Shown here piece after piece: positions 1 to 9,904 of a DNA stretch of 64,000 nucleotides (position 1 is the stretch's first letter; each line of letters opens with the position of its first letter). Where the stretch lies: NCBI GenBank assembly GCA_003280965.1, contig QCDI01000001.1:1-64000 (forward strand), given 5' to 3'. Both the position numbers and the translations under genes were made by a program. Source of the stretch: Prochlorococcus sp. AG-355-B18 (GTDB taxonomy: Bacteria > Cyanobacteriota > Cyanobacteriia > PCC-6307 > Cyanobiaceae). The notes beneath the pieces were generated by a model that was given only the letters and a program-made list of their open reading frames with translations, did not search any database and was not told where the DNA came from.

Positions 1-489
1 CATAGTGATTTATTAAACTCATTTAATTCTGCTAATGGTTATACAACTAGAGAGTCAAAAGTAGCTGCAGCAATTCAACACTATAACGATACTGGAAATG
101 CAGAAGGAAGATCTTTGGATGTTTTTGATGCATGGGATTATATTGCTAGTCATGTAGATTTAATTCAAGAATATGGTACTGATACCGCTAGTGCGGCGGA
201 TCATTATATCGAGTACGGATTTAATGAAAGCAGATCTCTTGATTCCTTTGATGAATGGGCTTATATAGCATCAAATACAGATTTAATTGAAACTTATGGT
301 ACTAATATTTCTGGAGCAACAGAGCACTATGTAGTTTCTGGATATTCACAAGGTAGAAATATTAATTCTTTTGACGCCTCAAGATATATTTCTAACTATA
401 GTGACCTGCAAGCAACTTATGGATCGGATTTATTTGGTGCAACAGTGCACTATGTAGTTACTGGATTTAATGAAGGTAGAGTTATTTGA
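1..489 (+). CDS. C-terminal part of a repeat protein (~40-aa FDxxxYxASxxDL...HYxxxGxxEGR repeats), probably surface-associated; 5' truncated by window
   Basis: Frame 1 is open from base 1 (HSDLLNSF...QHYNDTGNAEGRSLD...) to TGA 489; about four repeat units visible. Confidence 0.75.
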   Translation, partial: HSDLLNSFNSANGYTTRESKVAAAIQHYNDTGNAEGRSLDVFDAWDYIASHVDLIQEYGTDTASAADHYIEYGFNESRSLDSFDEWAYIASNTDLIETYGTNISGATEHYVVSGYSQGRNINSFDASRYISNYSDLQATYGSDLFGATVHYVVTGFNEGRVI

Positions 490-590
490 TAATCATTTTT
501 CCATCGTTAATGGCAAAATTTACTAATGAAAATTAAAACAATTTATATTTTTTAATCTAATTTTAAAAAAAACTTTAACCTTAAAAAATT

Positions 591-887
591 ATGACTGATA
601 AAAATAAATGGGATTACTTTGTTTTACATATAAATTTTGAAGAAAATAAAAATGCAGATATGCAGAATTCACAAAAAGCTAGTGAAAAATTGGGAGGATC
701 CTTAAGTAAGGAATATCTAGAGAAGGAATTCCCTAAACAATTTAAATCAGTAAATCCTGGATTACACCCATCAAAACAACTTCAAATAATCTTAAATAAA
801 TTTGGGGAAGAAGGTTGGAAACTTGAGACCACTGAGAGAATTGGTAACTTATTAATGTTCATTTTCATTAGAGAGAAAACTTTATGA
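591..887 (+). CDS. Hypothetical protein, DUF4177-like
   Basis: 98 aa; W-D-Y N-terminus and LNKFGEEGWKL...FIFIREK pattern. Confidence 0.6.
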   Translation: MTDKNKWDYFVLHINFEENKNADMQNSQKASEKLGGSLSKEYLEKEFPKQFKSVNPGLHPSKQLQIILNKFGEEGWKLETTERIGNLLMFIFIREKTL

Positions 888-1004
888 TATAAATTTGTTC
901 CCAACTTTTTAATAAGTATTGAAACCCTCTAATTCATGGTTTTTGTAAAAATGGAGAAAAAGTTAAGCTATTTTATTTGAATTTAATTAACTCATAAATA
1001 TAAC

Positions 1005-2075
1005 TTACAATTTATTTCCAAGCCTCTCAAAGTTATATTCTTTAATTGACATAGTATTCTCGTACCACTCTAAATGATTGATGTACCAATGAACTGTTTT
1101 TTCTAAGCCATCTCTGAATGTATATTTAGATTTCCAACCCAGCTCTTTTTTTATTTTTGTAGGGTTAATAGAGTATCTTTTATCATGACCAGGCCTATCA
1201 GATACGTAGCTTATTAAGTTTTTATGGGGAGCGTTAAAAGGGATGATTTTATCCATTATTTTGCAAATTTCTAGAACAACATTTTTATTACTTTTTTCAC
1301 CTTTACCTCCAATACAATAGCTTTCTCCTATTACTCCTTGTTTAGCAACCAAAAGTAATGCGTCGATATGATCATCAACAAAAAGCCAATCTCTAACATT
1401 TTCCCCATCTCCATAGAGTGGAATTGATTGGTTTCGATACGCTTTATATATTGTTAGAGGAATTAATTTTTCAGGAAATTGCCATGGACCATAATTATTT
1501 GAGCAGTTTGTTAGAACAACAGGTAATCCATAGGTATGGTGCCAAGACAAAACTAAGTGATCACTCGATGCCTTTGATGCTGCATAGGGGCTTCTTGGTT
1601 TGTATGGAGTCTCTTCTGAAAAACTTCCAGTCTTTCCAAGTGATCCAAAAACTTCATCGGTACTTATATGGTGGAATTTAAAAGTACTTTTCTTTTTTTT
1701 ATCAAATTTCCTCCAAATTTTTCTTGAAGATTCTAATAAGTTAAAAGTTCCAATAATATTACTAGCTATAAAACTATCAGGACGGTCTATAGATCTGTCA
1801 ACATGACTTTCTGCTGCAAGGTGCATTATTAAGTCTGGGGATACATAATCTAATGCATTTTGTGTATCTAATTTGTTTTCTAAGTCAACGTTTAGGAACT
1901 CATATTTGCCTAAAGATTTTGAGTTAATATTTTCTAATAAATTATCTATTGATTTAGTGCTACTCGCATAACCCATTTTATCAAGATTAAAAACTTTATT
2001 TTCTTTATTTAGAAGTAACCTTTGAATTAAATTACTTCCAATAAATCCTGCACCACCAGTTACTAGGATTCTCAT
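1005..2075 (-). CDS. rfbB: dTDP-glucose 4,6-dehydratase
   Basis: GGAGFIGS, AAESHVDRS, HISTDEVFG, YAASK, DRPGHD motifs. Confidence 0.95.
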   Translation of the reverse strand: MRILVTGGAGFIGSNLIQRLLLNKENKVFNLDKMGYASSTKSIDNLLENINSKSLGKYEFLNVDLENKLDTQNALDYVSPDLIMHLAAESHVDRSIDRPDSFIASNIIGTFNLLESSRKIWRKFDKKKKSTFKFHHISTDEVFGSLGKTGSFSEETPYKPRSPYAASKASSDHLVLSWHHTYGLPVVLTNCSNNYGPWQFPEKLIPLTIYKAYRNQSIPLYGDGENVRDWLFVDDHIDALLLVAKQGVIGESYCIGGKGEKSNKNVVLEICKIMDKIIPFNAPHKNLISYVSDRPGHDKRYSINPTKIKKELGWKSKYTFRDGLEKTVHWYINHLEWYENTMSIKEYNFERLGNKL

Positions 2076-2153
2076 TCAAAAAATTCCAACTTTACTCAGT
2101 ATAAATAAAAACGTTTTCCTAAAAAATAATTATCTAAAAGTAATCTTAAAATT

Positions 2154-3044
2154 TTAAAGTCTGGATTTTATTTTTGTGATGACTTTTGATAATTCAAAAG
2201 TCCAATGCTCTCTTTTTACTTTTGAAGCTTTGCAAGTGTCTTCGCAATCTAATAATGAGAAATTTGGTCTTTGTGCTTTCGATGGAAATTCTTTAGATTT
2301 TATAGGGACGATTTCGGGTAAAGAGTTAATAATTCCCTCTCTAAAAGCAATTTGAGCAATTTCAACAGCAAAATCATACCAACTAGCTATTCCCGAATCA
2401 GACCAATGATTTATTTTGGGAGTTTTCATAAAGATTTCTTTATTTAAAATTAACTCCCAACATAATCTGGATAAAGAATATGTACTAGTAGGACAACTTA
2501 TCTGATCAGATACGATTTTTAAGGGAATATGATTTTTTGCATTTTTCTCAAGTAAATTTAATATTGTCAAACAAAAGTTTTCTCCAAAAGGACTGTATAA
2601 CCAACTTGTACGAATAATTTTTGAATTATTAAGTTTAAGTAGTAATTTTTCACCTAAAGCTTTTGACTCTCCATAAATACCGAGGGGGGAAACTAGATCT
2701 TTTGGTTTATATGGGTAGCACTGAGATCCATTGAATACAAAGTCAGTACTTATTTGAATGAATTTACACTCTAATGATGCTGCTAAAGAAGCAATTTCGA
2801 ATGGAGCATAAGCATTTATTTTCTCAGCTAATTCTTTTTCTGATTCTGCTTTGTCTACATTTGTATAAGCAGCAGCATTTATAATATGAGTTGGTTTTAT
2901 ATTCTCTAGATTTTTGATACTACTTTGCATATCAAGGAAGTTAAATTCACTGCTCGAAAAAGAAATTAAATTAATATTTTTAGGTTTTGTTTCGTTAATA
3001 GTTTTAGCTAGCTGTCCATTAGCTCCCAGTAAAAGAATTTTCAT
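2154..3044 (-). CDS. rfbD: dTDP-4-dehydrorhamnose reductase
   Basis: GANGQL, NAAAYTNVDKAE, STDFVF, YGESK. Confidence 0.95.
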   Translation of the reverse strand: MKILLLGANGQLAKTINETKPKNINLISFSSSEFNFLDMQSSIKNLENIKPTHIINAAAYTNVDKAESEKELAEKINAYAPFEIASLAASLECKFIQISTDFVFNGSQCYPYKPKDLVSPLGIYGESKALGEKLLLKLNNSKIIRTSWLYSPFGENFCLTILNLLEKNAKNHIPLKIVSDQISCPTSTYSLSRLCWELILNKEIFMKTPKINHWSDSGIASWYDFAVEIAQIAFREGIINSLPEIVPIKSKEFPSKAQRPNFSLLDCEDTCKASKVKREHWTFELSKVITKIKSRL

Positions 3045-3118
3045 TTTTAGAAGATTTTGAAAGATTACTATTTTGTAAATTTCTTTGATATTAATAATTT
3101 CATTATATTTTTTTTAAA

Positions 3119-3712
3119 TTAGGTTCTTTTGAAGGATTTAAATGTTTTAGCATTTTTATCTTTATCGCTTATTTTAAGAGTTTCATTTTTTAATGATTCT
3201 AAAGGCCAGTTAATTGAGATGTCACTGTCATTCCAAAGTAAGCTTTCTTCATAATTCTTATTCCAGTAATTGGTTGTTTTGTAGTTTACTTCAGCATATT
3301 GAGAGATGGTTAAGAATCCATGTGCGAAACCCTCTGGAATCCAAAATTGATGATTATTTGAAGAATTTAAATAAGTTCCAACCCATTCTCCATATGAAAT
3401 CGAATTCTTTCTTATATCTACAGCTACGTCATATATTTCGCCAAAAATGCAACGCACTAACTTAGCTTGAGGATATGGTCTTTTTTGAAAATGTAACCCT
3501 CTTAAAACTCCCTTGCAGGACTTGGAATGATTATCTTGGCAAAAGTTTTGAGGTACTTGATTATATTGTTTTAAAATCTCCTCCCAATCTTTCTGATTCC
3601 AGCTTTCAAAGAAAAAGCCTCTCCCATCTCTAAAAATTTTGGGTTTTATTAATATGGGACCATTTACCTTGATACCTTTTGTTGTAGATAGCTGCTCATG
3701 ATCAAATTTCAT
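3119..3712 (-). CDS. rfbC: dTDP-4-dehydrorhamnose 3,5-epimerase
   Basis: DGRGFFFE, QDNHSKS..GVLRGLHFQ, GFAHGF. Confidence 0.95.
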   Translation of the reverse strand: MKFDHEQLSTTKGIKVNGPILIKPKIFRDGRGFFFESWNQKDWEEILKQYNQVPQNFCQDNHSKSCKGVLRGLHFQKRPYPQAKLVRCIFGEIYDVAVDIRKNSISYGEWVGTYLNSSNNHQFWIPEGFAHGFLTISQYAEVNYKTTNYWNKNYEESLLWNDSDISINWPLESLKNETLKISDKDKNAKTFKSFKRT

Positions 3713-4591
3713 TTATTCCTCCAATAACGATAATAAATATTCTCCATAACCACTTTTAATATTTTTCTTTGCAATGATCTCTAATTGTGTATTTTTTATC
3801 CAGCCATTTCTCCAGGCAATTTCCTCTGGACAACCTATTTTATATCCTTGACGATGCTCTATTGTTTTTATAAATGATGAGGCTTCTCCAAGCGAGTCAA
3901 CTGTGCCAGTATCTAGCCAGGCAATTCCTCTATTAAAAACTTCTATATTTAAAGAATTTTCTTCTAAATATAATTTGTTAAGGTCGGTGATTTCTAACTC
4001 ACCTCTTTTTGACGTTTTTAAAGTTTTAGCTTTTTTTACAGCAGAATTATCGTAGAAGTAAATACCGGTAATTGCAAAATTGCTTTTGGGATTATCTGGC
4101 TTCTCTTCAATACTCTGGGCTTTGAAATCTTTTGAAAACTCAACTACCCCATATCTTTCTGGATTAACAACTCTGTACGCAAAAATTGATGAACAAGTTT
4201 TTTGATTTGCATTCTTAAGAATATTAGATATTCCTTGTCCATAAAAAAGGTTATCTCCAAGTATTAATGCTACAGGAGAATCTGATATGAATTCTTCTCC
4301 AACAATCAACGCATGAGCAATTCCTTTGGGTTTTGATTGTGTTTCATATGTTATTTTTACACCTATTTCTTCCCCATTACCCAACAATGACTTAAAACTT
4401 TTTAGGTCTTGTGGAGTTGTAATAATCAAAAAATCTCTTATACCTGAAAGCATTAATGTTGAGAGAGGATAAAAAATCATAGGTTTGTCATAAACAGGAA
4501 GTAATTGTTTACTAATAACTTTTGTCATAGGAAATAATCTTGTACCCGTACCTCCCGCAAGAATTATCCCTTTTCTTTCTGACGAATTCAT
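3713..4591 (-). CDS. rfbA: Glucose-1-phosphate thymidylyltransferase
   Basis: GIILAGGTGTRLFP, KQLLPVYDKPM, WLDTGT. Confidence 0.95.
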   Translation of the reverse strand: MNSSERKGIILAGGTGTRLFPMTKVISKQLLPVYDKPMIFYPLSTLMLSGIRDFLIITTPQDLKSFKSLLGNGEEIGVKITYETQSKPKGIAHALIVGEEFISDSPVALILGDNLFYGQGISNILKNANQKTCSSIFAYRVVNPERYGVVEFSKDFKAQSIEEKPDNPKSNFAITGIYFYDNSAVKKAKTLKTSKRGELEITDLNKLYLEENSLNIEVFNRGIAWLDTGTVDSLGEASSFIKTIEHRQGYKIGCPEEIAWRNGWIKNTQLEIIAKKNIKSGYGEYLLSLLEE

Positions 4592-4690
4592 TCTCTGAAG
4601 TATTTGTAAAATCTCTTAACTATAATATCTTTTAAATTCTTAGTAATTTTCAAATGTAAATTCATTATGAACTTATATATGAGTTATGGT

Positions 4691-5665
4691 TTAAATTTTT
4701 TTTATAATAATACCAATAAGCAATATGATATTCTCAAAAAATGTTTGTCTAGTCACTCCAGATTTTTTAAAATAAAAAATATCTAATAAAAAAAATGATT
4801 CCCTTGCCTTAACAAAATTTTTGAGAGAGTTTCTATTATTAAAAGTAAGAAGATCACAATTATTGATCAAAGAATTCAAGTTTTTATTATTTTTATTTTT
4901 AAATTCACCTTTTATAATTTGATAAAGTCTAGTTAATTTACTTTTAAGAGATGTATTTAAGCCTATAAGGTTTTTACTATGTTGCCTATATTTTAGGAAA
5001 ATTCTTTTGTCATAAATGACATTTCCTCCATTGCCACTAATTATCTGATAGCACCACCAATCGTGAGATGTTATTTTATTTTTTTTAATTGATTTGCAGA
5101 TAGTTTGCTTAGCAAGATTATTAAATACCATAGTATTCCCTCCAAAAATGTTCTGAATAATTGCATTTTTAAATGAAGGTTTTCTTTTATGAAGTTTTGA
5201 TTTTCCGAGTTTAATATTTTTATTTTCCCCTATTAGTTCTGTCCTACACCCATATAAGGAAGGTATCTTTGAAGAATAAAGTTGTAATGAATTTATAGCA
5301 TTTTTTAATTTATCTTTATGCCAGATATCATCTTGATCAGAAAAAGCATAATAATCGTAACTATTATCTATAGAATTTAATGCTTTAAGAAAATTAAGTG
5401 TATATCCCAAATTTTTATTTCTTTTTGAATATTTTATTTTTGCTTTATCTGAAAAAGATAAGTTATAGTTTTCAAGAGAGAACTTTTGAGTTGAACAATC
5501 ATCAAATATAAAAAGGACAAAATTTTTGTGACTTTGATTAAAAATTGAAAAGATTTGCTCGGATATGAATTCATTGCCATTATAAAAAGCCAGGATTATT
5601 GCTATTTTTAGATCGCATGTTGTATCTTCTTCATAATTTAACTTAGATTCAATTTCTTTAATCAT
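4691..5665 (-). CDS. Glycosyltransferase family 2 (possible rhamnosyltransferase)
   Basis: FYNG, DDCS, FSDQDDIW, HDWW, YRQH motifs; adjacent to rfb genes. Confidence 0.85.
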   Translation of the reverse strand: MIKEIESKLNYEEDTTCDLKIAIILAFYNGNEFISEQIFSIFNQSHKNFVLFIFDDCSTQKFSLENYNLSFSDKAKIKYSKRNKNLGYTLNFLKALNSIDNSYDYYAFSDQDDIWHKDKLKNAINSLQLYSSKIPSLYGCRTELIGENKNIKLGKSKLHKRKPSFKNAIIQNIFGGNTMVFNNLAKQTICKSIKKNKITSHDWWCYQIISGNGGNVIYDKRIFLKYRQHSKNLIGLNTSLKSKLTRLYQIIKGEFKNKNNKNLNSLINNCDLLTFNNRNSLKNFVKARESFFLLDIFYFKKSGVTRQTFFENIILLIGIIIKKI

Positions 5666-5923
5666 TTTCTTTTTAATTTTCTAAAGAATATTTAATCAAC
5701 TTAATACTACACAATTAGGTATGATCCTTTAAGATATTGGTATAGTTATACGTATTTTATAAAGAATCAAATTGATAATTTTTTAAAATCTACAGGATGT
5801 CTTTGCGGTATATATTTTTCGATAATCTAATAGGCTTTACTTAATTATTATTAATTAATTGACTTCTAAATAAAATTAGCTTTTTGATAATATAAAACTG
5901 ATTGCTAATCCCATATAAATTCA

Positions 5924-6928
5924 ATGAATACTTTTAAAGTTGTACTTATTACTGGATCTGCAGGTTTTATAGGTTCATCTTTGGCACAAAAATTTTTATC
6001 TAAAGGTTTTAAAGTTTTTGGGGTAGATAATCTTAATGATTATTATGAAATAGAATTAAAGTACGATAGGTTAAAACAAATTGATAATTATGCAAAAATT
6101 AAAAAAAGAACTTGGAAATTTTTTAAAGCATCTATAGAAGATAAAAGTTATATGGAGACAATCTTTAAAGAATGTAAGCCTGATATTGTAGTGAATTTAG
6201 CTGCTCAAGCTGGAGTTAGATATTCGATAAAAAATCCAGAAGCATATTTCAAGTCAAATTTAATTGGCTTTTTTAATATTTTGGAATTATGTAAAAAATA
6301 CGAAATTAAACATTTTATTTACGCCTCAAGTAGTTCTGTATATGGAGGAAATAAAAATTATCCTTTTTCTGAGAATCAAACAATAAATAATCCCGTGAGC
6401 TTTTATGCGGCCACAAAAATATCAAATGAAGTTATGGCTAATTCATACAGTGAAATCTACAATTTGTCGATTACCGGATTAAGGTATTTTACCGTTTATG
6501 GTCCTTGGGGAAGGCCTGATATGGCACCAATGATTTTTGCAAAGAATATACTCTCTAGACAGCCCATATCAATTTTTAATTTCGGAAGCATGAAGAGAGA
6601 CTTTACTTTTATTTCCGATATTGTGGATGGAACTTATTTATGCTGCTTGAAACCCCCAATAGATAAAGGTTCGCCATTCTCTAATAAACACAAAGTTTTT
6701 AATATTGGAAATGGTAAGCCAATTGATTTGCTAAATTTTATCGAAAGATTAGAAGATGCAATTCAAGTTAAAGCAATCAAGAATTTTGAACAGTTGCAAC
6801 TTGGAGATGTTGAAACAACTTGGGCAGATACATCTTCTTTATTTAAATGGGTAGGGTATAAACCTAAGATCTTGATAGAAGAGGGGATCCCCTTATTTGT
6901 TAATTGGTATTTGGAATACTTTAATTAA
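5924..6928 (+). CDS. NAD-dependent epimerase (UDP-glucuronate 4-epimerase type)
   Basis: GSAGFIG, LAAQAGVRYS, YAATK, VYGPWGRPDMA. Confidence 0.9.
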   Translation: MNTFKVVLITGSAGFIGSSLAQKFLSKGFKVFGVDNLNDYYEIELKYDRLKQIDNYAKIKKRTWKFFKASIEDKSYMETIFKECKPDIVVNLAAQAGVRYSIKNPEAYFKSNLIGFFNILELCKKYEIKHFIYASSSSVYGGNKNYPFSENQTINNPVSFYAATKISNEVMANSYSEIYNLSITGLRYFTVYGPWGRPDMAPMIFAKNILSRQPISIFNFGSMKRDFTFISDIVDGTYLCCLKPPIDKGSPFSNKHKVFNIGNGKPIDLLNFIERLEDAIQVKAIKNFEQLQLGDVETTWADTSSLFKWVGYKPKILIEEGIPLFVNWYLEYFN

Positions 6929-6965
6929 AATAATTCCAAATCAAATCGCAAATAATCTAAAGAAT

Positions 6966-8345
6966 CTAATTATACTTTTTAGGTAATGAACCTTTGGCAT
7001 TTAATACTAATCTAATTGTTTTAAAAAATATTAGAAGATCGAGTAAAATTGAAAAATGAGTTATGTAATAGATATCGTAACTTAGTTTTTTTTGAGTATC
7101 TGAAATACTTGCTCCGTAAGGGTAATTTACCTGAGCCCAACCACTTATTCCAGGTCTTAAAATATTCCTAAAATTATAGTAGGGTATATTTTTTAACAAT
7201 TCATTCTCTATTTCAGGTCTTTCAGGGCGAGGTCCTACAAGACTCATAGTACCCTTAATTACACAAAAAAGTTGAGGTAGTTCATCTAATCTTAGTGCTC
7301 TTATTATTTTCCCAATACAAGTTATTCTTGGATCTCTTTGCTTTGACCATTGGACACCACATTTCTCGGCATCAATTTTCATACTTCTAAATTTTATGAT
7401 TTTAAATGGATTACCATTACGACCTGTTCGAGTTTGGGTATAAAATATTGGACCATTATCTTCAGCTAAAATTAATGCACTTATTAGTATGAATAGAGGT
7501 GCTGTAATGATTAATAAAAAAGTGCTTACTAATAATTCACCAATTCTCTTGGTTCTTAATTGATAACCGTCCTCAATTGACTTAAGTTTTTCGACAAGTT
7601 GATTTTTATTTTCAATTATATTAGTTGGCATTCTATGGAATTCTTTTTCAAACCATGATAAAAGACCTTCAACTACAACTCCTTTTAACTTTAATTTGAA
7701 TATATTATCTAAATTTTTTTGGTTTATATCGTCTAAATTTCCAATAATTATTCCCTTAGTAGTTTGTATGTTAATGCCTTCAAGATTATCCTGGTTAGGA
7801 TGCCAAGATAAAATAAGGTTCTTTTTTAATCCCCCAATTTCTTCCATTATTTCATTAAACTTAGCTTTGGACCCATAAAATATCCATACCTTCTTCTGGT
7901 TATATATATTATAAGTAATGATGCTGAAGAAATATTGAAGAAACAAGCTAGCAATCGCTATGTAAGTTGAGACCCTTATAAATAAGTTACTCAATTCTCT
8001 TGATAAATAACTAGAAAATTCTGGTGTATCCCAATAAAAAGTTAAAGGCACAAACCAATTTATCACGAGATAAATAAAGTTGCAGAAAATCAACATGAAT
8101 ATTATTTTTATAGCTGCCTTCGCAAAACTTATTAATGTAATATTGGAGATTTTTATGTATCTTCCTAAAACATAACTTATAATTATCCAAGAAAAACCTA
8201 GGCCGATGGATACTATTTGACTAGGATATGATCCAATTTCTTTGTTGAAAACATAATTATAAATAAAGATATTTATAAAATAATCTAAAAAACTTCCTAT
8301 CAACACCCTTCTTCTACTTATTATCCAAGGAATTCCAAAAGACAT
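6966..8345 (-). CDS. Priming sugar-phosphate transferase (WcaJ/WbaP-like)
   Basis: N-terminal TM helices; KFRSM, RLDELPQL, SLVGPRPERP, PGISGWAQVN. Confidence 0.9.
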   Translation of the reverse strand: MSFGIPWIISRRRVLIGSFLDYFINIFIYNYVFNKEIGSYPSQIVSIGLGFSWIIISYVLGRYIKISNITLISFAKAAIKIIFMLIFCNFIYLVINWFVPLTFYWDTPEFSSYLSRELSNLFIRVSTYIAIASLFLQYFFSIITYNIYNQKKVWIFYGSKAKFNEIMEEIGGLKKNLILSWHPNQDNLEGINIQTTKGIIIGNLDDINQKNLDNIFKLKLKGVVVEGLLSWFEKEFHRMPTNIIENKNQLVEKLKSIEDGYQLRTKRIGELLVSTFLLIITAPLFILISALILAEDNGPIFYTQTRTGRNGNPFKIIKFRSMKIDAEKCGVQWSKQRDPRITCIGKIIRALRLDELPQLFCVIKGTMSLVGPRPERPEIENELLKNIPYYNFRNILRPGISGWAQVNYPYGASISDTQKKLSYDIYYITHFSILLDLLIFFKTIRLVLNAKGSLPKKYN

Positions 8346-8421
8346 TAGTAGAGTGAATATTAGTAATATATTACCTTATTAAATAGATCTTAAAAGTAGG
8401 AAATTTTAAAAACTTTAGATA

Positions 8422-9684
8422 TTATTCTTTTAAAATGTTCGTCGATCCTGAGACTAATATCCATAAAAAAATACTAATTCTTCCATCAAAATATTGAACA
8501 TCATACATCTGCGAAATTATAAGAACTATTAGAGAAGTTATCCAAGACTTATCAAATATTGAAACTTTATTTTTATTTAAAAGGATTTTCCTTGAAGACA
8601 TAAAAACAATTATCAATATTGGAATAATTATTAGTAAAGCAGCTGGAAGGCCATAACTTATTATTAACTCTAGAGGTAGATTGTGAGAATGACCTTTCCA
8701 TAAACCTGTTTCATGTATGTAAATTTGTTGAAAAGAGCCTGCACCACTCCCAAATATAGGATTATTGTAAACCGTATTTAATCCTGTTTTCCAAATACTT
8801 ATTCTTGAATACTGAAAATCACTAAATTCCATCCAGATTGATTGAGGGATAAAAGATTTTAAAACTGTCTGCATTTGAGTGCCTAGAATTGAGGTTACTG
8901 TTGAGGAAATTACTAAAATAAGTAAAAATAATAAAGCTAGTAAATATCTATATATCCTTTTACCGTACATTAGTAATGTTCCTAGAAAAATTCCTATCCA
9001 AGCTGATCTTGAAAAAGTAAAAATTGTTGCTAATGATATCCCTAAAATAAAAATATAAGTAGATAAATTTTTAAATATATTTTTATTCGAGTCAATTAAA
9101 CATGCCAAACCTATTGGCCAAATAATATTCAACCATGCACCCATATAATTAGCGTTATTAAATAAGCCCGTCAATCCAGATAAATTTTCTATTGGTCTTT
9201 GATACCAAACTATAAAACCATTTAGAAATTCAAATGGTCCGTACCATCCGAAAAAATATTGCCCTATCCCAGTAAAAAGGACAGGCAAAGATCCGCATAA
9301 TAATGCTATTGATGATAATTCCCTTTTTTTTGTATTATTTAAGAATGGTTTGAAACCTGCATAGCACCAAAATAATGGTAGCCAATTTCCTAATCCTATC
9401 CAGCTAAGTGATGAATTAAGATTATATATATTAAGGTGATCGTTATAAGATGAATGGATAATACAGCTAATTATCATTAAAAAACTTGCAAGTAAGAAGC
9501 AAATATTCCATTTGTCAAATACCAATTCTTTATTATATGTAAGTGTATTTGTTAATAATGAAATTAATAATAATATAGCTCCAATGGTAAATGCAGAGGG
9601 TAAAAAAAATAGCCCAAAAACAAAAATATAAAAATTGATTCCATAGTTATTATTTTTATATTTTTTAAATTGAAAAATTCTCAA
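8422..9684 (-). CDS. O-antigen ligase/polymerase family membrane protein
   Basis: Multi-TM; GLFNNANY, TFSRSAW, GSGAGSF, HSHN motifs. Confidence 0.85.
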   Translation of the reverse strand: MRIFQFKKYKNNNYGINFYIFVFGLFFLPSAFTIGAILLLISLLTNTLTYNKELVFDKWNICFLLASFLMIISCIIHSSYNDHLNIYNLNSSLSWIGLGNWLPLFWCYAGFKPFLNNTKKRELSSIALLCGSLPVLFTGIGQYFFGWYGPFEFLNGFIVWYQRPIENLSGLTGLFNNANYMGAWLNIIWPIGLACLIDSNKNIFKNLSTYIFILGISLATIFTFSRSAWIGIFLGTLLMYGKRIYRYLLALLFLLILVISSTVTSILGTQMQTVLKSFIPQSIWMEFSDFQYSRISIWKTGLNTVYNNPIFGSGAGSFQQIYIHETGLWKGHSHNLPLELIISYGLPAALLIIIPILIIVFMSSRKILLNKNKVSIFDKSWITSLIVLIISQMYDVQYFDGRISIFLWILVSGSTNILKE

Positions 9685-9904
9685 CTGTTAAAAAATAAGC
9701 AAATTAATTATATAATTATAAAAAAAATAGTAGATTAATTCTTGATATTGTTAAACAAAAATTTTAGTTATTTAGGATAAAAAGGAAAATACTATCAACA
9801 CTAAGGGATTTATTTCCATTTTTTTACAGATAGATTTATTAAATTGATAAATATTATTTATATTAGTAAAGAGATATTTTATAATACCAACAGAAAATTA
9901 AAAA

